This document shows, piece after piece, positions 28,401-42,413 of a DNA stretch of 64,000 nucleotides. This stretch comes from Pirellulales bacterium (GTDB taxonomy: Bacteria > Planctomycetota > Planctomycetia > Pirellulales > UBA1268). Under the pieces are notes generated by a model. The model was given only the letters and a program-made list of their open reading frames with translations. It had not been told where the DNA came from and ran no database searches. The translations under genes and the position numbers were made by a program. The DNA is taken from assembly GCA_044236455.1 (NCBI GenBank), contig JBIIGJ010000004.1:584-64583 (forward strand). The letters are read 5' to 3'. The stretch's first letter is position 1. Every line of letters starts with the position of its first letter.

Positions 28401-30206
28401 TCAGCCGGGCATGGCCTCCATGAACGTCTCGAGCTGCTTCGAGCGGACCGGGTGTTGCAGCTTCTTGACGGCCTTCGCTTCGATCTGCCGAACGCGTTCA
28501 CGCGTTACGCGGAAGATCCGGCCCACCTCTTCCAGCGTGTAGGTGTAGCCGTCGGTGAGGCCGTATCGCAGGCGGATGATCTCCCGCTCACGGTAGGTGA
28601 GGGTCTTCAGCAGCGAGTCGAGCCGGTCCTTGAGCAGGCCGTGCGTGGCCGAATGCGTGGGACTGACCGTGCTCGAGTCCTCCACGAACTCGCTGAAGCT
28701 GGCGTCCTCGCTCTCGCCCACGGGCCGGTCGAGGCTCATCGGCTGCCGACCCATGTCGATCACTCGCCTCGCCTCCTCCAGCGGCACGCCGGCGGCCTGC
28801 GCGATCTCTTCCGACGTCGGCTCGCGTCCGAGTTCGTGGAGCAGCTTCTTGGAGGTGGTCCGTAGCTTCGAAAGCACGTCGATCATGTGCACCGGGATGC
28901 GGATCGTGCGGGCCTGGTCGGCGATGGCCCGCGTGATCGCCTGGCGGATCCACCAGGTGGCATAGGTCGAGAACTTGAAGCCGCGGCGGTATTCGTACTT
29001 GTCCACCGCCCGCATCAGGCCCGTGTTTCCCTCCTGGATCAGATCCAGGAAGCTCAGGCCGCGATTGCGGTATTTCTTGGCGATCGACACGACCAGCCGC
29101 AGGTTGGCCGCCGAGAGGTTCCGCTTGGCAGCCTCATATTCCGCCTTGAGCCGGGCGAACATGTCGACCCGCCGCCGGAGCGAACGCGGACTCTCGAGCG
29201 TCGTCAGCATCAGGTCGCGGAGTTCCTTCCGCATGTCGGCCCGGTCGTCGCGGGACATCTCGCCGGCATCCATCAGCCGCAGGCCCCGTTGGAGATCGTC
29301 CATGCGGGCTGACATGCCGCGGAGCAGTTTCACCAGCGGCTGCACCCGCCGCGTCCGCAGGCTCAGTTCCTCGACGAGCATCAGCGACTTACCGCGGCTG
29401 CGGCGGAACCGCAGCCGGGCGGCGCGGGCCGCCGCCGGCGTCGTCTTCCGGCTGATGAGCAGCCGGAAGTCGGTCTTGCCCTGCTCGATCAGGTGCTCGA
29501 GCGTCTGCAGGTTGTGGGGCATCCGCGACTGGATCTGCTCTTTCGTCAGTCGCTCGGTCAGCGAGACCTTGATCGTGCGATCGAAGGGCAGCTTCCCCTC
29601 GTGCACGCGACGGAGCGTCTCGACCGTGGCCTGCATCGAATAGGAGCACCCCAGGATGGCGCGACGGAACCGCTTGCGGGTGACCTCGATCTTCTTGGCC
29701 AGCGAGATCTCCTCGGAACGCGTGAGCAGCGGGATCTCGGCCATCTGGGCCAGATACATCCGGATCGGATCGTTGCCTGCATTCGACGGGGCCGTCGTGA
29801 TGACCTCGTCGCGGCGAGGCTGCTTGGCCTTCGGCTTGGCGGCCGTCGTCGTCACCGCGGCATCGGCCTCGTCCGGCTCGGGCGCGGTGTCGACCAGTTC
29901 GATTCCCTGCTCCTCGAGCGCCACCAGCAGGCTGTCGATCTTCTCCGGATCGACGGCTTCGTCGGGGAGGTAGGAGTTGACCTGGTCAAACGTGAGATAG
30001 CCCTGTGCCTTGCCGGCCACGATCAACGCCGTCAGATCGGCGTCGGCGTGCGCGGAGGAACCGGACAGCGGCGCGGCAGGCTCGACTGCCGCGTCAGGCC
30101 GGTCATCGCGGTCGGTTCCGGCCTGCGCCGTACGGGAAAGGTTTTCAGGTTGGGACATCGACAGGGTGCTCGCAGATCGACGCATCAGTGGGTTCTCCTT
30201 CACCAT
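28401..30206 (-). CDS. rpoD: primary sigma-70 factor RpoD
   Basis: Region 1.1 [54 protein letters not shown]; start uncertain. Confidence 0.95.
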   Translation of the reverse strand: MVKENPLMRRSASTLSMSQPENLSRTAQAGTDRDDRPDAAVEPAAPLSGSSAHADADLTALIVAGKAQGYLTFDQVNSYLPDEAVDPEKIDSLLVALEEQGIELVDTAPEPDEADAAVTTTAAKPKAKQPRRDEVITTAPSNAGNDPIRMYLAQMAEIPLLTRSEEISLAKKIEVTRKRFRRAILGCSYSMQATVETLRRVHEGKLPFDRTIKVSLTERLTKEQIQSRMPHNLQTLEHLIEQGKTDFRLLISRKTTPAAARAARLRFRRSRGKSLMLVEELSLRTRRVQPLVKLLRGMSARMDDLQRGLRLMDAGEMSRDDRADMRKELRDLMLTTLESPRSLRRRVDMFARLKAEYEAAKRNLSAANLRLVVSIAKKYRNRGLSFLDLIQEGNTGLMRAVDKYEYRRGFKFSTYATWWIRQAITRAIADQARTIRIPVHMIDVLSKLRTTSKKLLHELGREPTSEEIAQAAGVPLEEARRVIDMGRQPMSLDRPVGESEDASFSEFVEDSSTVSPTHSATHGLLKDRLDSLLKTLTYREREIIRLRYGLTDGYTYTLEEVGRIFRVTRERVRQIEAKAVKKLQHPVRSKQLETFMEAMPG

Positions 30207-30292
30207 CGTACCGTCACCTCGCGCACCGCCCCCCGACCTGTCGGGAAGAAATCTTCCCGGCAAAGCCGATTGCAGCGACGAGACGGGCACCT

Positions 30293-32197
30293 TCACCCAT
30301 CCTTGGGGTCGGTCATGCCCTCATCGACATCAGTCATACCTTGAACAGCCCGCCGTTGGGCGACGAGCTGCTCCAAAAGAGCGGCCTCCGAGCCGGGATC
30401 CAGCCGGGAGGTTTTCAGTGTCCGCGCGCTCATGTGCGCCTGCCGCTGGGCCGAGCGGCGTCGCAGAGCGTCTTGCAGGTGGTGGATGCGTTCCTGGGGA
30501 TCGAGTGGAGTCCGCGACGCGGTCGTCTCGTCGACGGCCACGAGCAGGCTCTGGAGGGAGGGATCGTGGATCTCGAGCAGCAGGCCCGCCAGTGCGATCT
30601 GGCGTCCCTCGGCGTGGAGTCGGCGGGCGGCTTCCAGCACCGCCCGTCCCTCCTGGGTTTCGAGTTCGGCGGACTGCACCTCGCGCACGATCAGTCCTGC
30701 ACCATCCGGCACGCCGACAAGCACTTCGATCACCTCCCGATCCCAGGCCGGGAGTTTTCGCATCATGCCGGGCGCCGCGGCTGCCGGGTCGGCGTCGCCC
30801 GACGACTCAGCGGCGTTGGCAGACGCCTGCCCTCGCCGGCTGGCACTGTCACGCAACGCCAGCATCCGCGAACGCAGCACCTCGCGGGAAAGGCCGAATC
30901 GTCGCGACAGCCGGCCCACCACCTGGTCCTCGCGGAGCCGGGCCTGGGACGGGGAGAGTGACGACTGCGGTGACACCTTCGCGAGCGCCACGAGCACGCT
31001 CTCGACAGCCGCGAGGGAAGCGTCGTCGCCGGCATCGGGGGCGAGGCTGGCGAGGGCCTCGTCGAGCCGGTAGTCGAGCGGGTCGCCGGCCGTTGCCACG
31101 AGTGCCTCGAATGCTTCGCGGCCCTGTTCCAGCACGAACTCGCAAGGATCCACGCCCGTAGGGAGCCTGGCAATCCGCACGTCGATCGGTTCGGCGAGCA
31201 ATACGTCGAGAATTTCGTTGGCACGGCGGCGGCCGGCGTCGTCGCCATCGAGCACGAGCACGATCCGGTCGGCATACCGCCGGAGGAGCTTGGCATGCCG
31301 CTCGCCGAGGGCCGTGCCCAGCACGGCGACCACGTCGTGGATGCCTGCCTGCCGTGCGGCCAGGCAGTCGGTGTAGCCCTCGACGACGATCGCGCGTCGC
31401 GATTTGCTCATTGCCTCGCGGGCCGTGTCGAGGCCATAGAGCATGGAACTCTTCGAGAAGAGCGGGGTCTCGGGGGAGTTGATGTATTTTGCAGAGTCGG
31501 GCGGGGCGCCCGGCAGCACGCGGCCACCGAAGGCAACGCAGCGCGAGAAGTGATCGCAGATCGGAAACATCACCCGGTCGCGGAAGCGGTCGTAGTGGCC
31601 CGAGCGGTCCTGCCGTTCGACCACAAGGCCCGCCTTGGCGAGGTGGCTGGTGGCGATGCCGGCGGCCGAGGCCTGTCGGAGCAGCCAGTCCCACGCCGGC
31701 GGGGCATAGCCGAGTCGGAAGGTGTCGACCGTCTGCTGCGTGAGCCCCCGTGAGGCGAGGTAGTCGCGGGCAGCCTTTGACTCCGGACTGCCGCGGAGGC
31801 AGTCGCGATAGCGGTCTGCAGCCCAGGACAGGGCGGCCAGGATGGAGGCTTTTTCGTCGGTCGGCAGGCCGCCGCGACCGCGGGGCAGGTCGATGCCGGC
31901 CCGCTGGGCCAGTTGTTCGAGTGCCTCGCGGAACTCGAGCCGTTCCATCTTCATCAGAAAGCTGAAGACGTCGCCGCCGATGTTGCAGACCCAGCAGCGG
32001 AAGGTCTGGCGTTCCGGGTTGACCTGGAAACTGGGGCGGGAGTCTTCGTGCCAGGGGCAGAGCCCCACCATGGCCTTGCCAGCCCGCCGCAGGGAAAGGT
32101 ATGTCCCCACCAGATCGACGATGTCGATCGCGTCACGCACGCGCTCCTTGAGATCGTCGTGCGAGGTCAGTGGTGCGGATGGAGGCGTCACAGGCAA
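30293..32197 (-). CDS. dnaG: DNA primase
   Basis: CPWH..CWVC zinc finger, [31 protein letters not shown]. Confidence 0.95.
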   Translation of the reverse strand: MPVTPPSAPLTSHDDLKERVRDAIDIVDLVGTYLSLRRAGKAMVGLCPWHEDSRPSFQVNPERQTFRCWVCNIGGDVFSFLMKMERLEFREALEQLAQRAGIDLPRGRGGLPTDEKASILAALSWAADRYRDCLRGSPESKAARDYLASRGLTQQTVDTFRLGYAPPAWDWLLRQASAAGIATSHLAKAGLVVERQDRSGHYDRFRDRVMFPICDHFSRCVAFGGRVLPGAPPDSAKYINSPETPLFSKSSMLYGLDTAREAMSKSRRAIVVEGYTDCLAARQAGIHDVVAVLGTALGERHAKLLRRYADRIVLVLDGDDAGRRRANEILDVLLAEPIDVRIARLPTGVDPCEFVLEQGREAFEALVATAGDPLDYRLDEALASLAPDAGDDASLAAVESVLVALAKVSPQSSLSPSQARLREDQVVGRLSRRFGLSREVLRSRMLALRDSASRRGQASANAAESSGDADPAAAAPGMMRKLPAWDREVIEVLVGVPDGAGLIVREVQSAELETQEGRAVLEAARRLHAEGRQIALAGLLLEIHDPSLQSLLVAVDETTASRTPLDPQERIHHLQDALRRRSAQRQAHMSARTLKTSRLDPGSEAALLEQLVAQRRAVQGMTDVDEGMTDPKDG

Positions 32198-32349
32198 AGC
32201 GTTTCCGGTGGCGGAGCGGAATCTGCCGCCGGATAGTAGGGCCAGCCTGAAAGCAGGTCAATCTCAGGAAATGCCTGCGCATCCGCCCTGTTTTGCCACC
32301 GGAAAAATGGGTGGCCGTGGAGGAATGGGCGATTCGGTGCTGGCGTCGT

Positions 32350-32823
32350 TTACGACAGCAGTTTATCGATGCTCGCCAGCAGCCTGTCCATGGCGAACGG
32401 CTTGCGGATGTAGTCATCGACACCGAGCATCTCGGCGTAGGCCTTGTGGCGGCTGCCCTCGTTGGCGGTGATCATGATCACCTTCATGGGCACGGGCCGG
32501 CTGCGACGCAGCTTTTCCAGCACCAGGAAGCCGCTTCGCTTGGGCATCATCATGTCGAGCACGACGAGGTCGGGATCGTCCTTTTCCGCCATCATCAAGC
32601 CCTGATTGCCGTCGCGGGCGATCGAGATCTCGTAGCCCCGCGATTCCAGCACCGTCCGCATCGACTCCACGATCTCCGTATCGTCGTCGACGAGGAGCAC
32701 CCGCTTGCCGTCGCGTTTCTTGGTCGCGACGGCGCTTGCGGTCGCGACCTCGGCGGCATCGGAGACAGTTGGGTCAGCTGCTTTTCCAATGGACGTTTTG
32801 CGGGCTTTCTTCGGGGCTGGCAT
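32350..32823 (-). CDS. single-domain response regulator
   Basis: LLVDDD, LDMMMP, MITA, YIRKPF. Confidence 0.92.
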   Translation of the reverse strand: MPAPKKARKTSIGKAADPTVSDAAEVATASAVATKKRDGKRVLLVDDDTEIVESMRTVLESRGYEISIARDGNQGLMMAEKDDPDLVVLDMMMPKRSGFLVLEKLRRSRPVPMKVIMITANEGSRHKAYAEMLGVDDYIRKPFAMDRLLASIDKLLS

Positions 32824-32989
32824 GGGTCACCTTGGCCACTGGCGGGCCGGCGAGCAGGAACGGGCGGGCGGGGAAAGGGACGGGAGGGAATGAGACTCTA
32901 GCACGAACCGCTTGCAGACTCCACATTCCCACATCGAATCCACACGATCCGCTGCTGCGGGGCCGCCGTGGACCCCAGCGATTCCGCGG

Positions 32990-33745
32990 TCAGGCCGTGC
33001 GAGGCGGCTGTTCCATTGAGAGGTTTTGTGAGTGGCTTGGGGAAATGTCTGCGGGCGTGTTCGAGCCGAGGAAAAACGCCGCACAAACAAGCCCGACCGC
33101 TGCACCAAAGAGCACGTCACTGGGGTAGTGGGCCGAACTGGCCACGCGCTGTGCCGCGGCAGCCACCGCGAGCGCGACAAACAGCCATCGGCCCCGCGGA
33201 TATTTCCACGACAGTGCGGCGGCGAAGCCCGCCGCAGTGGCGGCATGGCCCGAGGGAAAGCTGTTGGCGTCGCTGTGGCTGGTGATGGTTGCCGCGAGGG
33301 AGTCGCCGAAGGTGGCGAACGCCGACGCGGCGGCCGTGAGGTCGGCGGCCCGCGGGCGGACCCTGTCGAAGAGCGTCTCCTTGATAATGTTGGCCATGAT
33401 GCCGCCAGCGAATGCCGTCACAGCCATCCGCACGAAGTCTTTGCTCACTGGCAGGCTGCCAAACCGCGGCAGCGCCCGGCGGCCGCCGAGCGAGGAATCG
33501 AGCACGGCCGCCGTGAGAAGCAGCGTGGCCACGCCGATGCCGTGGGCGAACACTTCGGAGAAGTTGAGGAATCGCATGATCTCTTTGGGGATGTGGCCCG
33601 CCTTGCACCAGCGGGCCACATCGAGGTCGACGGAGAGCGCGAGGCCACCGAGGCAGGCGAGCGCGATCGCGGCCGCAATCAGCCGCGGCCGCAGGCTGCC
33701 GGGGCGGGGCGAGGGCTCGCTGGATGGCGACAGGGAAGGGATCAT
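32990..33745 (-). CDS. PAP2-family membrane phosphatase
   Basis: K......R.RP, SFPSGH, R....AHYPSDV; start placed at ATG 33745. Confidence 0.88.
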   Translation of the reverse strand: MIPSLSPSSEPSPRPGSLRPRLIAAAIALACLGGLALSVDLDVARWCKAGHIPKEIMRFLNFSEVFAHGIGVATLLLTAAVLDSSLGGRRALPRFGSLPVSKDFVRMAVTAFAGGIMANIIKETLFDRVRPRAADLTAAASAFATFGDSLAATITSHSDANSFPSGHAATAAGFAAALSWKYPRGRWLFVALAVAAAAQRVASSAHYPSDVLFGAAVGLVCAAFFLGSNTPADISPSHSQNLSMEQPPRTA

Positions 33746-33957
33746 GCGAGTCATTCTCGCAGACGGGTGTCGAGGGTGTCGAGAGTGGGGGGATGCGAAC
33801 GTTGCGGTGTAGATCGGCGCTGAGTACCCTTATGAGGGAGTCTAAAAGGATGGTATGTCGGCCAGAAGCCCTCGTCTGGCGTCGTTTCTTCAGACGGTGT
33901 CCCGTGGGTGCACGCCCTGAGTGAAGAACGCATCATTGGCTTTGCTGGAGCACATCG

Positions 33958-36900
33958 ATGGCCTTCAACAACCGTCGTCTGGCGGTTTCCAGCCGGCAAC
34001 TGCCGCTTGTCCGGCTGGCCCTCGCCGTGGCGGTGATCCAGGGTGCTGTCTGCGGCGGCGCCGAGACCGGCTCGAAACCGTTTCGGTTTGATCGCGACAT
34101 CCGGCCGCTCCTTTCGGAAAACTGTTATGCCTGCCACGGGCCGGGCCAGCAGGAGGCGGGGCTGCGGCTCGATTCGGCCGAGGATGCCACGCGGGAATTG
34201 GAGAGCGGTGCCAGGGCGATCGTCGCCGGCGATCTGGCGAAGAGCGAACTGGTCGCCCGGATCGACGCCACGGATCCAGACACCGTGATGCCGCCGCCCC
34301 ACTCGAAGAAAACGCTTACGGCGGAACAGAAAGACCTGTTGAAACGCTGGATCGCCGCCGGCGCGGTCTATGAAAAGCACTGGTCGTATCAGCCGATCAG
34401 GCGGCCCGCGCTGGTTCGTGGCGGCTCCGAGCGGGGCAATCCGATCGACGCCTTCCTCGCCGAGCGACTCTCCGCCGAGGGGCTGCCGGTCAATGCTGAG
34501 GCCGACCGGCTCACGCTCATCCGACGGCTGACGTTTGCCCTCACCGGCCTGCCGCCGACACCGGAAGAGGTCGATGCCTTCGTTGCCGACGGTTCGGCCG
34601 ACGCCTACGAGAAGCTGGTCGCGAGGCTGCTGCAGAGCCCGCACCATGGCGAGGAGATGGCACGCCACTGGCTCGACAACGCCCGCTATGGCGACACGCA
34701 TGGCCTTCATCTCGACAACGAACGTGAGATGTGGCTCTATCGCGATTGGGTCGTGAAGGCGTTCAACGAGAATCTCCCCTTCGACCAGTTCACGATGTTT
34801 CAGATCGCAGGCGATCTGCTGCCGAATGCCACAACCGAGCAGAAGATCGCTACCGGGTTCTCCCGGTGCAACGTCACGACGAGCGAGGGTGGCTCGATCA
34901 ACGATGAACTGCTCTTCCGCTACGCCATCGACCGCACGGCGACGATGACGAACGCATGGATGGGCCTCACCGGCCAGTGCGCCGTATGCCACAGCCACAA
35001 GTTCGACCCGATCTCGCACAAGGAGTTCTATTCGCTCTACTCCTTTTTCAACTCGGCGGCCGACCCCGGCTTCGACGGCAACACGCGGCGCACGGCGCCC
35101 GCGCTGCAGGTAAAGACGCCCTCGCAGGAGGAACTGCACGCCGCGATCGACCGCGAAATCGCCCCCTATGAAAAAGCCCTCGACGAGGCGGTCGCAGCCG
35201 CGGGCTACGTCGATCCCGCCGACGAAGTCACGCCCTCTGGCAGGCGCGAGACGCTCTGGCTCGCCGAGGGCTGGCCGGAGACCGCAGTCAACCGGGCAAG
35301 CCCGGGCGGCACGGTGAACTGGATAGAGGCCACCGCCGATGCGCCGACCCAGGCCGGCGGCCGATGCCTCGACATCGTGGCGACGACGCCCGTGCAGGTC
35401 GTCACGACCGACGGCGATCAGACATTCACGATTCCCGAGAAGGGAGAGCTGTTCCTGCACGTGTGGCTCGACCCGGCCGATTCGCCGGAGGCTGTCATGC
35501 TGCAGTTGCGCAGCAAATCGTGGCGGCACGGCGTCGTTTGGGGCGACTGGTCTGATGTGCCCTTCACCGACACGCGGAAGACCGATCATGGTCTCGTGCA
35601 CGCCGGTCCGCTGCCCGAAGCGGGCAAGTGGGCACGGCTGGCGATCGATCCGGGCCGGATGGATCTGAAGCCCGGCACGCGGGTGACGGCGGTGGGCGTC
35701 GCGCAGGCCCGTGGTCACGCCCGCTTGGATTCGATCGGCGTGTCGGTTCCCGACGCGGCGGCCAATGATCCGGCCCGTTCGTTCACGGCGTGGTGGAAGC
35801 AGAAGTCGGCGCTGCAAGATTCGCAGCTTCAGGACATTCCGCTCTCGTTGCGGTCGATCGTCCAGCAGGGCCATGACAAGACGACCGATCCTGCCGACGT
35901 TGCGAGGCTCAAGCGGCATTGGCTGACGCAGGTGTGGGTGAACCCGCCGGAAAAAATCGTCGCGGCGACAACCGATTACGACGCCTTGCAGAAAATTCGT
36001 GACGGCATCGACGACCTGATCCCGCGAAGCCTTGTCTTCAACGATCTGCCGAAGATGCGTGACAGCTTTGTGATGCTGCGCGGCGCTTACGACAAGCCGG
36101 GAGAGAAGGTGGCCCGCGGCACGCCTGCGTTCCTCCCTCCGCTGGAGGTTCCGGAGGGGCAGACGCCCACGCGGCTGGATCTGGCCACGTGGCTCGTATC
36201 GAAGGAACACCCGCTTACGGCTCGCGTGGCGGCCAACCGGCTCTGGCAGCAGTTCTTCGGCACTGGGCTCGTGAAGACCCACGAAGACTTCGGCCTTCAG
36301 GGAGAGCCGCCGAGCCATCCGGAATTGCTCGACTGGCTGGCGGCCGAATACCGCGAGAGCGGCTGGGACACGCGAAAGATCCTGCGGCTGATCGTGACGA
36401 GCGACGCCTTCCGCCGGTCGGGGGCGGTGCAGCCGCAGCAGTTGGCTCGCGATCCGGAGAACCGTCTGCTGGCGCGGGGGCCGCGGATCCGGCTCGAAGC
36501 CGAGCAGATTCGTGACCAGGCGCTCTTCGTCTCGGGGCTGCTCGTACCCACGATGGGAGGCCGCGGCGTGAAACCCTACCAGCCCGACAATATCTGGGAG
36601 CCGGTTGGCTTCGCCGGTTCGAACACGCGCACGTACTACCGCGATGCGGGTGACTCGCTCTACCGCCGCAGCCTCTATACGTTTCTCAAGCGGACGGCGC
36701 CGCCTCCGTTCATGTCGAATTTCGACGCACCCAACCGCGAGCAGTTCTGCGCCCGCCGCGAGCGGAGCAACACGCCGCTGCAGGCCCTGCAGCTCATGAA
36801 CGATGTCCAGCACGTCGAGGCGGCACGGGCGCTTGCGGCGCGAGCGCTCGCCGCCAGCGCTGCGGACGACGTCGGCCGGATCGACTGGCTTTTCCGCGCC

Positions 36901-37119
36901 GTGCTGGCGCGGCGGCCCGAACCGGCCGAGCGGGAGGTCGTTGCGGCAGCGCTCGTCGCCAACCGCGAGCGTTATGCCGCCGATCCTGCGGCGGCCGCCA
37001 AGGCGATCGCCCACGGCGACTCCCCGGTTCCCGGCCACGTTCCACCGGTCGAACTCGCCGCGTGGACGCTGCTGGCGAACACGATTCTCAATCTCGACGA
37101 AACCCTCACCCGCAACTAA
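33958..37119 (+). CDS. planctomycete cytochrome c domain protein (PSCyt1/DUF1549/DUF1553)
   Basis: CYACH and CAVCH heme motifs, [36 protein letters not shown]. Confidence 0.92.
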   Translation: MAFNNRRLAVSSRQLPLVRLALAVAVIQGAVCGGAETGSKPFRFDRDIRPLLSENCYACHGPGQQEAGLRLDSAEDATRELESGARAIVAGDLAKSELVARIDATDPDTVMPPPHSKKTLTAEQKDLLKRWIAAGAVYEKHWSYQPIRRPALVRGGSERGNPIDAFLAERLSAEGLPVNAEADRLTLIRRLTFALTGLPPTPEEVDAFVADGSADAYEKLVARLLQSPHHGEEMARHWLDNARYGDTHGLHLDNEREMWLYRDWVVKAFNENLPFDQFTMFQIAGDLLPNATTEQKIATGFSRCNVTTSEGGSINDELLFRYAIDRTATMTNAWMGLTGQCAVCHSHKFDPISHKEFYSLYSFFNSAADPGFDGNTRRTAPALQVKTPSQEELHAAIDREIAPYEKALDEAVAAAGYVDPADEVTPSGRRETLWLAEGWPETAVNRASPGGTVNWIEATADAPTQAGGRCLDIVATTPVQVVTTDGDQTFTIPEKGELFLHVWLDPADSPEAVMLQLRSKSWRHGVVWGDWSDVPFTDTRKTDHGLVHAGPLPEAGKWARLAIDPGRMDLKPGTRVTAVGVAQARGHARLDSIGVSVPDAAANDPARSFTAWWKQKSALQDSQLQDIPLSLRSIVQQGHDKTTDPADVARLKRHWLTQVWVNPPEKIVAATTDYDALQKIRDGIDDLIPRSLVFNDLPKMRDSFVMLRGAYDKPGEKVARGTPAFLPPLEVPEGQTPTRLDLATWLVSKEHPLTARVAANRLWQQFFGTGLVKTHEDFGLQGEPPSHPELLDWLAAEYRESGWDTRKILRLIVTSDAFRRSGAVQPQQLARDPENRLLARGPRIRLEAEQIRDQALFVSGLLVPTMGGRGVKPYQPDNIWEPVGFAGSNTRTYYRDAGDSLYRRSLYTFLKRTAPPPFMSNFDAPNREQFCARRERSNTPLQALQLMNDVQHVEAARALAARALAASAADDVGRIDWLFRAVLARRPEPAEREVVAAALVANRERYAADPAAAAKAIAHGDSPVPGHVPPVELAAWTLLANTILNLDETLTRN

Positions 37120-37149
37120 AGCGTCACGATCCACGGGAGCAGCATCACC

Positions 37150-38664
<1,515 letters not shown>

Positions 38665-38713
38665 CTCGCATCCGGACGCAGTCACACCGACGGAAACCTC
38701 GAAAGAGCCATTC

Positions 38714-39811
38714 ATGTCCCAATCGCCCCGCCTCATCTTCGACATCCACCTCGATCTCTCATACAACGCCCTCGACTTCAACCGCGATCAGCGGTGGACT
38801 CAGGAGCGGATCCGGCGTCGCGAGATCGGCATGAAGGACCAGGTGTTCCGCACGCGAAACACGGTCTGTTTCCCCGAGATGCGGCGCGGCCGCGTGGGGC
38901 TCTGCGTGGCGACGCAGATCTCGCGGTCGGTCGATTATTTTTCGCGGCTGCCTGGCTGGCAGAGCCCGGAGCAGGCCTGGGCCCACACGCAGGGGCAGCT
39001 TGCCTGGTATCGCGCGATGGAAGACTGCGGCGAGTTGGTGCAGATCCGCGACCGTGCGGGGCTCGACCGGCACCTCGCCCTCTGGCTCGGCGACGCCGAT
39101 GCCGGCGGCGCGGGCCGGCTGCCGATCGGCTACATGCTCAGCCTCGAAGGGGCCGACTCGATCGTCAGCTTCCGGCACCTCGAACGCTCCTATGCCGATG
39201 GACTGCGGGCGCTGGGCCCCGTGCACTACGGCCCGGGCGTCTACGGCATGGGCACCGATGCCGAGGGACCGCTCAGCCCGAGGGGCCGCGAACTGCTGCA
39301 GGAGATGGAGCGGCTCGGCATCATTCTCGACGCGACCCATCTGTGTGATGAGAGCTTCCGCGACGCGCTCGACCACTACTCGGGGCCTGTCTGGGCGAGC
39401 CACTCCAATTGCCGGGCGCTTGCCGACTGGAACCGTCAGTTCACCGACGAGCAGTTCAAGGAGCTGATCGCCCGCGGCGCCGTGATCGGCATGGCCTTCG
39501 ACGCGATCATGATGGTGCATGGCTGGCACCATCTCCGGTCGAAGCCGCAGGATTTCGACCTGCGGATCGAGAAGATTTGCGAGCACATCGACCACATCTG
39601 CCAGCTGGCCGGCAACGCCCGGCACGTCGGCATTGGCAGCGACCTCGACGGCGGCTTCGGCACGGAGCAGACGCCGCTCGACCTCGACAGCATCGCCGAT
39701 CTCGGCCGGCTGCAGGGCCTGCTCGCCAGCCGCGGCTATTCCGCTGCCGACATCGAGGGCATCTTCTTCGGCAACGTCGTCGATTTCCTGCGGCGTTCGC
39801 TGCCGCAGTGA
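38714..39811 (+). CDS. membrane dipeptidase (M19) family protein
   Basis: DIHLD, LEGAD, DATH, SHSN, GIGSDLDG. Confidence 0.88.
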   Translation: MSQSPRLIFDIHLDLSYNALDFNRDQRWTQERIRRREIGMKDQVFRTRNTVCFPEMRRGRVGLCVATQISRSVDYFSRLPGWQSPEQAWAHTQGQLAWYRAMEDCGELVQIRDRAGLDRHLALWLGDADAGGAGRLPIGYMLSLEGADSIVSFRHLERSYADGLRALGPVHYGPGVYGMGTDAEGPLSPRGRELLQEMERLGIILDATHLCDESFRDALDHYSGPVWASHSNCRALADWNRQFTDEQFKELIARGAVIGMAFDAIMMVHGWHHLRSKPQDFDLRIEKICEHIDHICQLAGNARHVGIGSDLDGGFGTEQTPLDLDSIADLGRLQGLLASRGYSAADIEGIFFGNVVDFLRRSLPQ

Positions 39812-39865
39812 GCGGCCGTCCTTTCTGGCCCGCCAATAGGTCACTGTTCCCAAGCGGAGAAATCC

Positions 39866-40774
39866 ATGATGGTTCGCGTCCTGCTTCCCGGCCGCCCGTT
39901 CGGATTGCTTGTCGCCTTGATGCTCGTCGCCACCATGCCATGGACCGTGGGCTCTCTCGCGGTGGCGGCAGACGAGATCGTCCTCTGGCCCGAGGGCGTG
40001 CCCGAGCCCCGTGTTCCCGCGGATCCGCCCGAGAAGGTGGAAGTTCGGGACGGCATCTCTCGCCGGTCGAACGTTTCCTCTCCGCGACTGGTCGTCTACG
40101 CTCTGCCAAGGACCGATTCGGCGGCGACGCCGCGGACGGCCGTGATCGTCGTCCCCGGCGGGGGATTCTCGATCCTCGCCGACGAACACGAGGGGAGCGA
40201 CGTCTGCCGGTGGCTCGCGGAGCAGGGGATGATGGCGTTTCTGCTGCTGCATCGGGCGCCGACCAACAAGCACGAACAGCCGAACGCCGGTCCCGTGCTC
40301 GACACGCAGAAGGCGGTCTACGAGGTGCGCCGCCGTGCGGCCGACTTCGGTATCGACCCCAAGCGGGTCGTCGTGCTTGGCTTCTCGGCCGGCGGGCAGA
40401 CCAGCCTCGTGGCCGCCACCAACTCGCCGCGGTTCGAGCCCGCGGATAAGACGATCTCCACCCGTCCAGACGCCCTGATGCTGATCTACGCGTGGAAGAT
40501 CGTCGGAGCCGACAACAAGGGCCTGCGGCCCGATGTCACGATCGACGCCGCCACGCCGCCGGTTTTTATCGCCCAGTCGGGCAACGACACGGGCTCGGTG
40601 CCGCAGGGGTCGGTGAACCTCTATCTGGCCTGCCTCGAGGCGAAGGTGCCGGCCGAACTCCACATCTACGAGGCCGGCGGTCACGGCTTCGGCATGCAGA
40701 AACGCGACAAGGCGCCGGGCACCAGCGACTGGCCCAATCGTGGCCTCGAATGGCTCCGCAGCCGCGGGTTCTGA
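39866..40774 (+). CDS. secreted alpha/beta hydrolase (esterase)
   Basis: Signal peptide, PGGGF, GFSAGG, ELHIYEAGGHGFG. Confidence 0.88.
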   Translation: MMVRVLLPGRPFGLLVALMLVATMPWTVGSLAVAADEIVLWPEGVPEPRVPADPPEKVEVRDGISRRSNVSSPRLVVYALPRTDSAATPRTAVIVVPGGGFSILADEHEGSDVCRWLAEQGMMAFLLLHRAPTNKHEQPNAGPVLDTQKAVYEVRRRAADFGIDPKRVVVLGFSAGGQTSLVAATNSPRFEPADKTISTRPDALMLIYAWKIVGADNKGLRPDVTIDAATPPVFIAQSGNDTGSVPQGSVNLYLACLEAKVPAELHIYEAGGHGFGMQKRDKAPGTSDWPNRGLEWLRSRGF

Positions 40775-40807
40775 CTCTACCCATACGGGGAAAAAGCCAT
40801 CCCTCGT

Positions 40808-42346
40808 TCAGGTCCACAGCCCGCGGTCGAGGACGCGGTAGTTAATCGCCTCACTCACGTGGGCGCAGCCGATCTTTTCGGCCTCGTCGAGATCGGCGAT
40901 CGTGCGGGCCACGCGGAGCACCTTGTCGTGGGCGCGGGCCGAGAGTCCCAGATCGCTCACCGCCGCCTTCACCAGTTCCGCTGCCGCCGGATCGAGCGGA
41001 CAAAACTCGCGAATCTGTCGGCTGGTCATCCGCGCGTTCACGCGAACCGGCAGGCCGGCGAACCGCGTCGCCTGTCGCAATCGGGCGGCCATCACGGCCT
41101 CCCGCATCTGATTGCTCGACGTGCCGGCCCGGCTGGCCGACAACTCCCGGAAGGGCACCGCCGGCACTTCCAGATGGATGTCGATGCGATCGAGCAGCGG
41201 CCCCGAGATCTTGCTCATATAACGTTCGACCTGCGGTGCCGTGCACTGGCATTGCCGCCGCGGATCTCCGCGGTAGCCGCACGGGCAGGGGTTGAAGGCC
41301 GCCACCATCATGAAGTCGGCAGGAAACCGCGTGCTTCCCTTGGCGCGGCTGATCGACACGAAGCCATCCTCGAGCGGCTGCCTGAGCACCTCGAGCGTGC
41401 GCCGGTTGAACTCGGGCAACTCGTCGAGGAAAAGTACGCCGTTATGCGCGAGACTAATCTCGCCGGGCATCGGGATCGAGCGGCCGCCGATCAGGCCGGC
41501 CTCGCTGATCGTGTGGTGCGGGGCCCGGAAGGGTCGCGTGGCCAGCAGCGGCTGGCCAGCCGATAAAAGCCCGAGCGCACTATAGATACGGGTCGTCTCG
41601 ATCGACTCGGCGGCCGAGAGCTGCGGCAGGATTGTTGGGATCCGTTTCGCGAGCATCGTCTTGCCGCCACCGGGAGGCCCAACCATAAGACAGTTGTGGC
41701 CTCCGGCCGCAGCCACGCAGACCGCGCGTTTGGCGGCCTCCTGACCGCGGACGTCAGCGAAGTCGACGTCGTAGGCCGCGAAGCGGTCGAACCATTCGGT
41801 GACGCGGGGCGGGCACCGGGGAATGTTGAGGTCGCCCGAGAAAAACTGGACGGCCTCGGTGAGCGACGAGACCGGAATCACCTCGATGCCTTCCACGACC
41901 GCCGCCTCCGTGGCGCTCGCTGTCGGCACGACGAGTCCCCGGAGCTGCTTCTGCCGGGCCGCTGAAATGGCCACCGAGAGGGCCCCCCGCGTCGGCCGCG
42001 TGGAGCCTTCGAGCGAGAGCTCCCCAACCACCGCGTAGTCCTGGAACCGCTCCGATGAGAACTGGCCGCTCCCGGCCAGGATACCGAGGGTGATCGGCAG
42101 GTCGAACGTGGCCGCCTGCTTCGGCATCTCCGCCGGGGCCAAGTTGATGACGATGCGGTCGTTGGGCCGGTTGAAGCCAGAGTTGACCATGGCCCGCGCG
42201 ACGCGGTGGGTGCTCTCGCGGATGGCCGGATCGGGCAGGCCGACGAGCACGGTCGAGGGCAGGGCACCGGTGGAGACGTCGACCTCCACGTCCACCGGCA
42301 CCGCGTCGATCCCCAGCAGCGAAAAGGTCTGCAGTCGTGCGAGCAT
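40808..42346 (-). CDS. comM: YifB/ComM Mg-chelatase-like AAA+ ATPase
   Basis: INLAPA, DFADVRGQ, GPPGGGKT, PFRAPHH, LFLDELPEF, NPCPCG, RVARTIADL. Confidence 0.92.
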   Translation of the reverse strand: MLARLQTFSLLGIDAVPVDVEVDVSTGALPSTVLVGLPDPAIRESTHRVARAMVNSGFNRPNDRIVINLAPAEMPKQAATFDLPITLGILAGSGQFSSERFQDYAVVGELSLEGSTRPTRGALSVAISAARQKQLRGLVVPTASATEAAVVEGIEVIPVSSLTEAVQFFSGDLNIPRCPPRVTEWFDRFAAYDVDFADVRGQEAAKRAVCVAAAGGHNCLMVGPPGGGKTMLAKRIPTILPQLSAAESIETTRIYSALGLLSAGQPLLATRPFRAPHHTISEAGLIGGRSIPMPGEISLAHNGVLFLDELPEFNRRTLEVLRQPLEDGFVSISRAKGSTRFPADFMMVAAFNPCPCGYRGDPRRQCQCTAPQVERYMSKISGPLLDRIDIHLEVPAVPFRELSASRAGTSSNQMREAVMAARLRQATRFAGLPVRVNARMTSRQIREFCPLDPAAAELVKAAVSDLGLSARAHDKVLRVARTIADLDEAEKIGCAHVSEAINYRVLDRGLWT

Positions 42347-42413
42347 TGAGAGACTCCTGCCTGAAGGATGGAACTCGCGTGCAGGCAGCATCCGCCTTCA
42401 CGCTCGGCCGAGG

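Noticed and set aside
30293..30345. Short duplication at the DnaG C-terminus ([12 protein letters not shown])
   Set aside because: Small degenerate duplication in a disordered tail; no evidence of function
40808..42346. comM interrupted by a mobile element (a known integration hotspot)
   Set aside because: The ORF is intact; the accessory cassette lies upstream of its promoter
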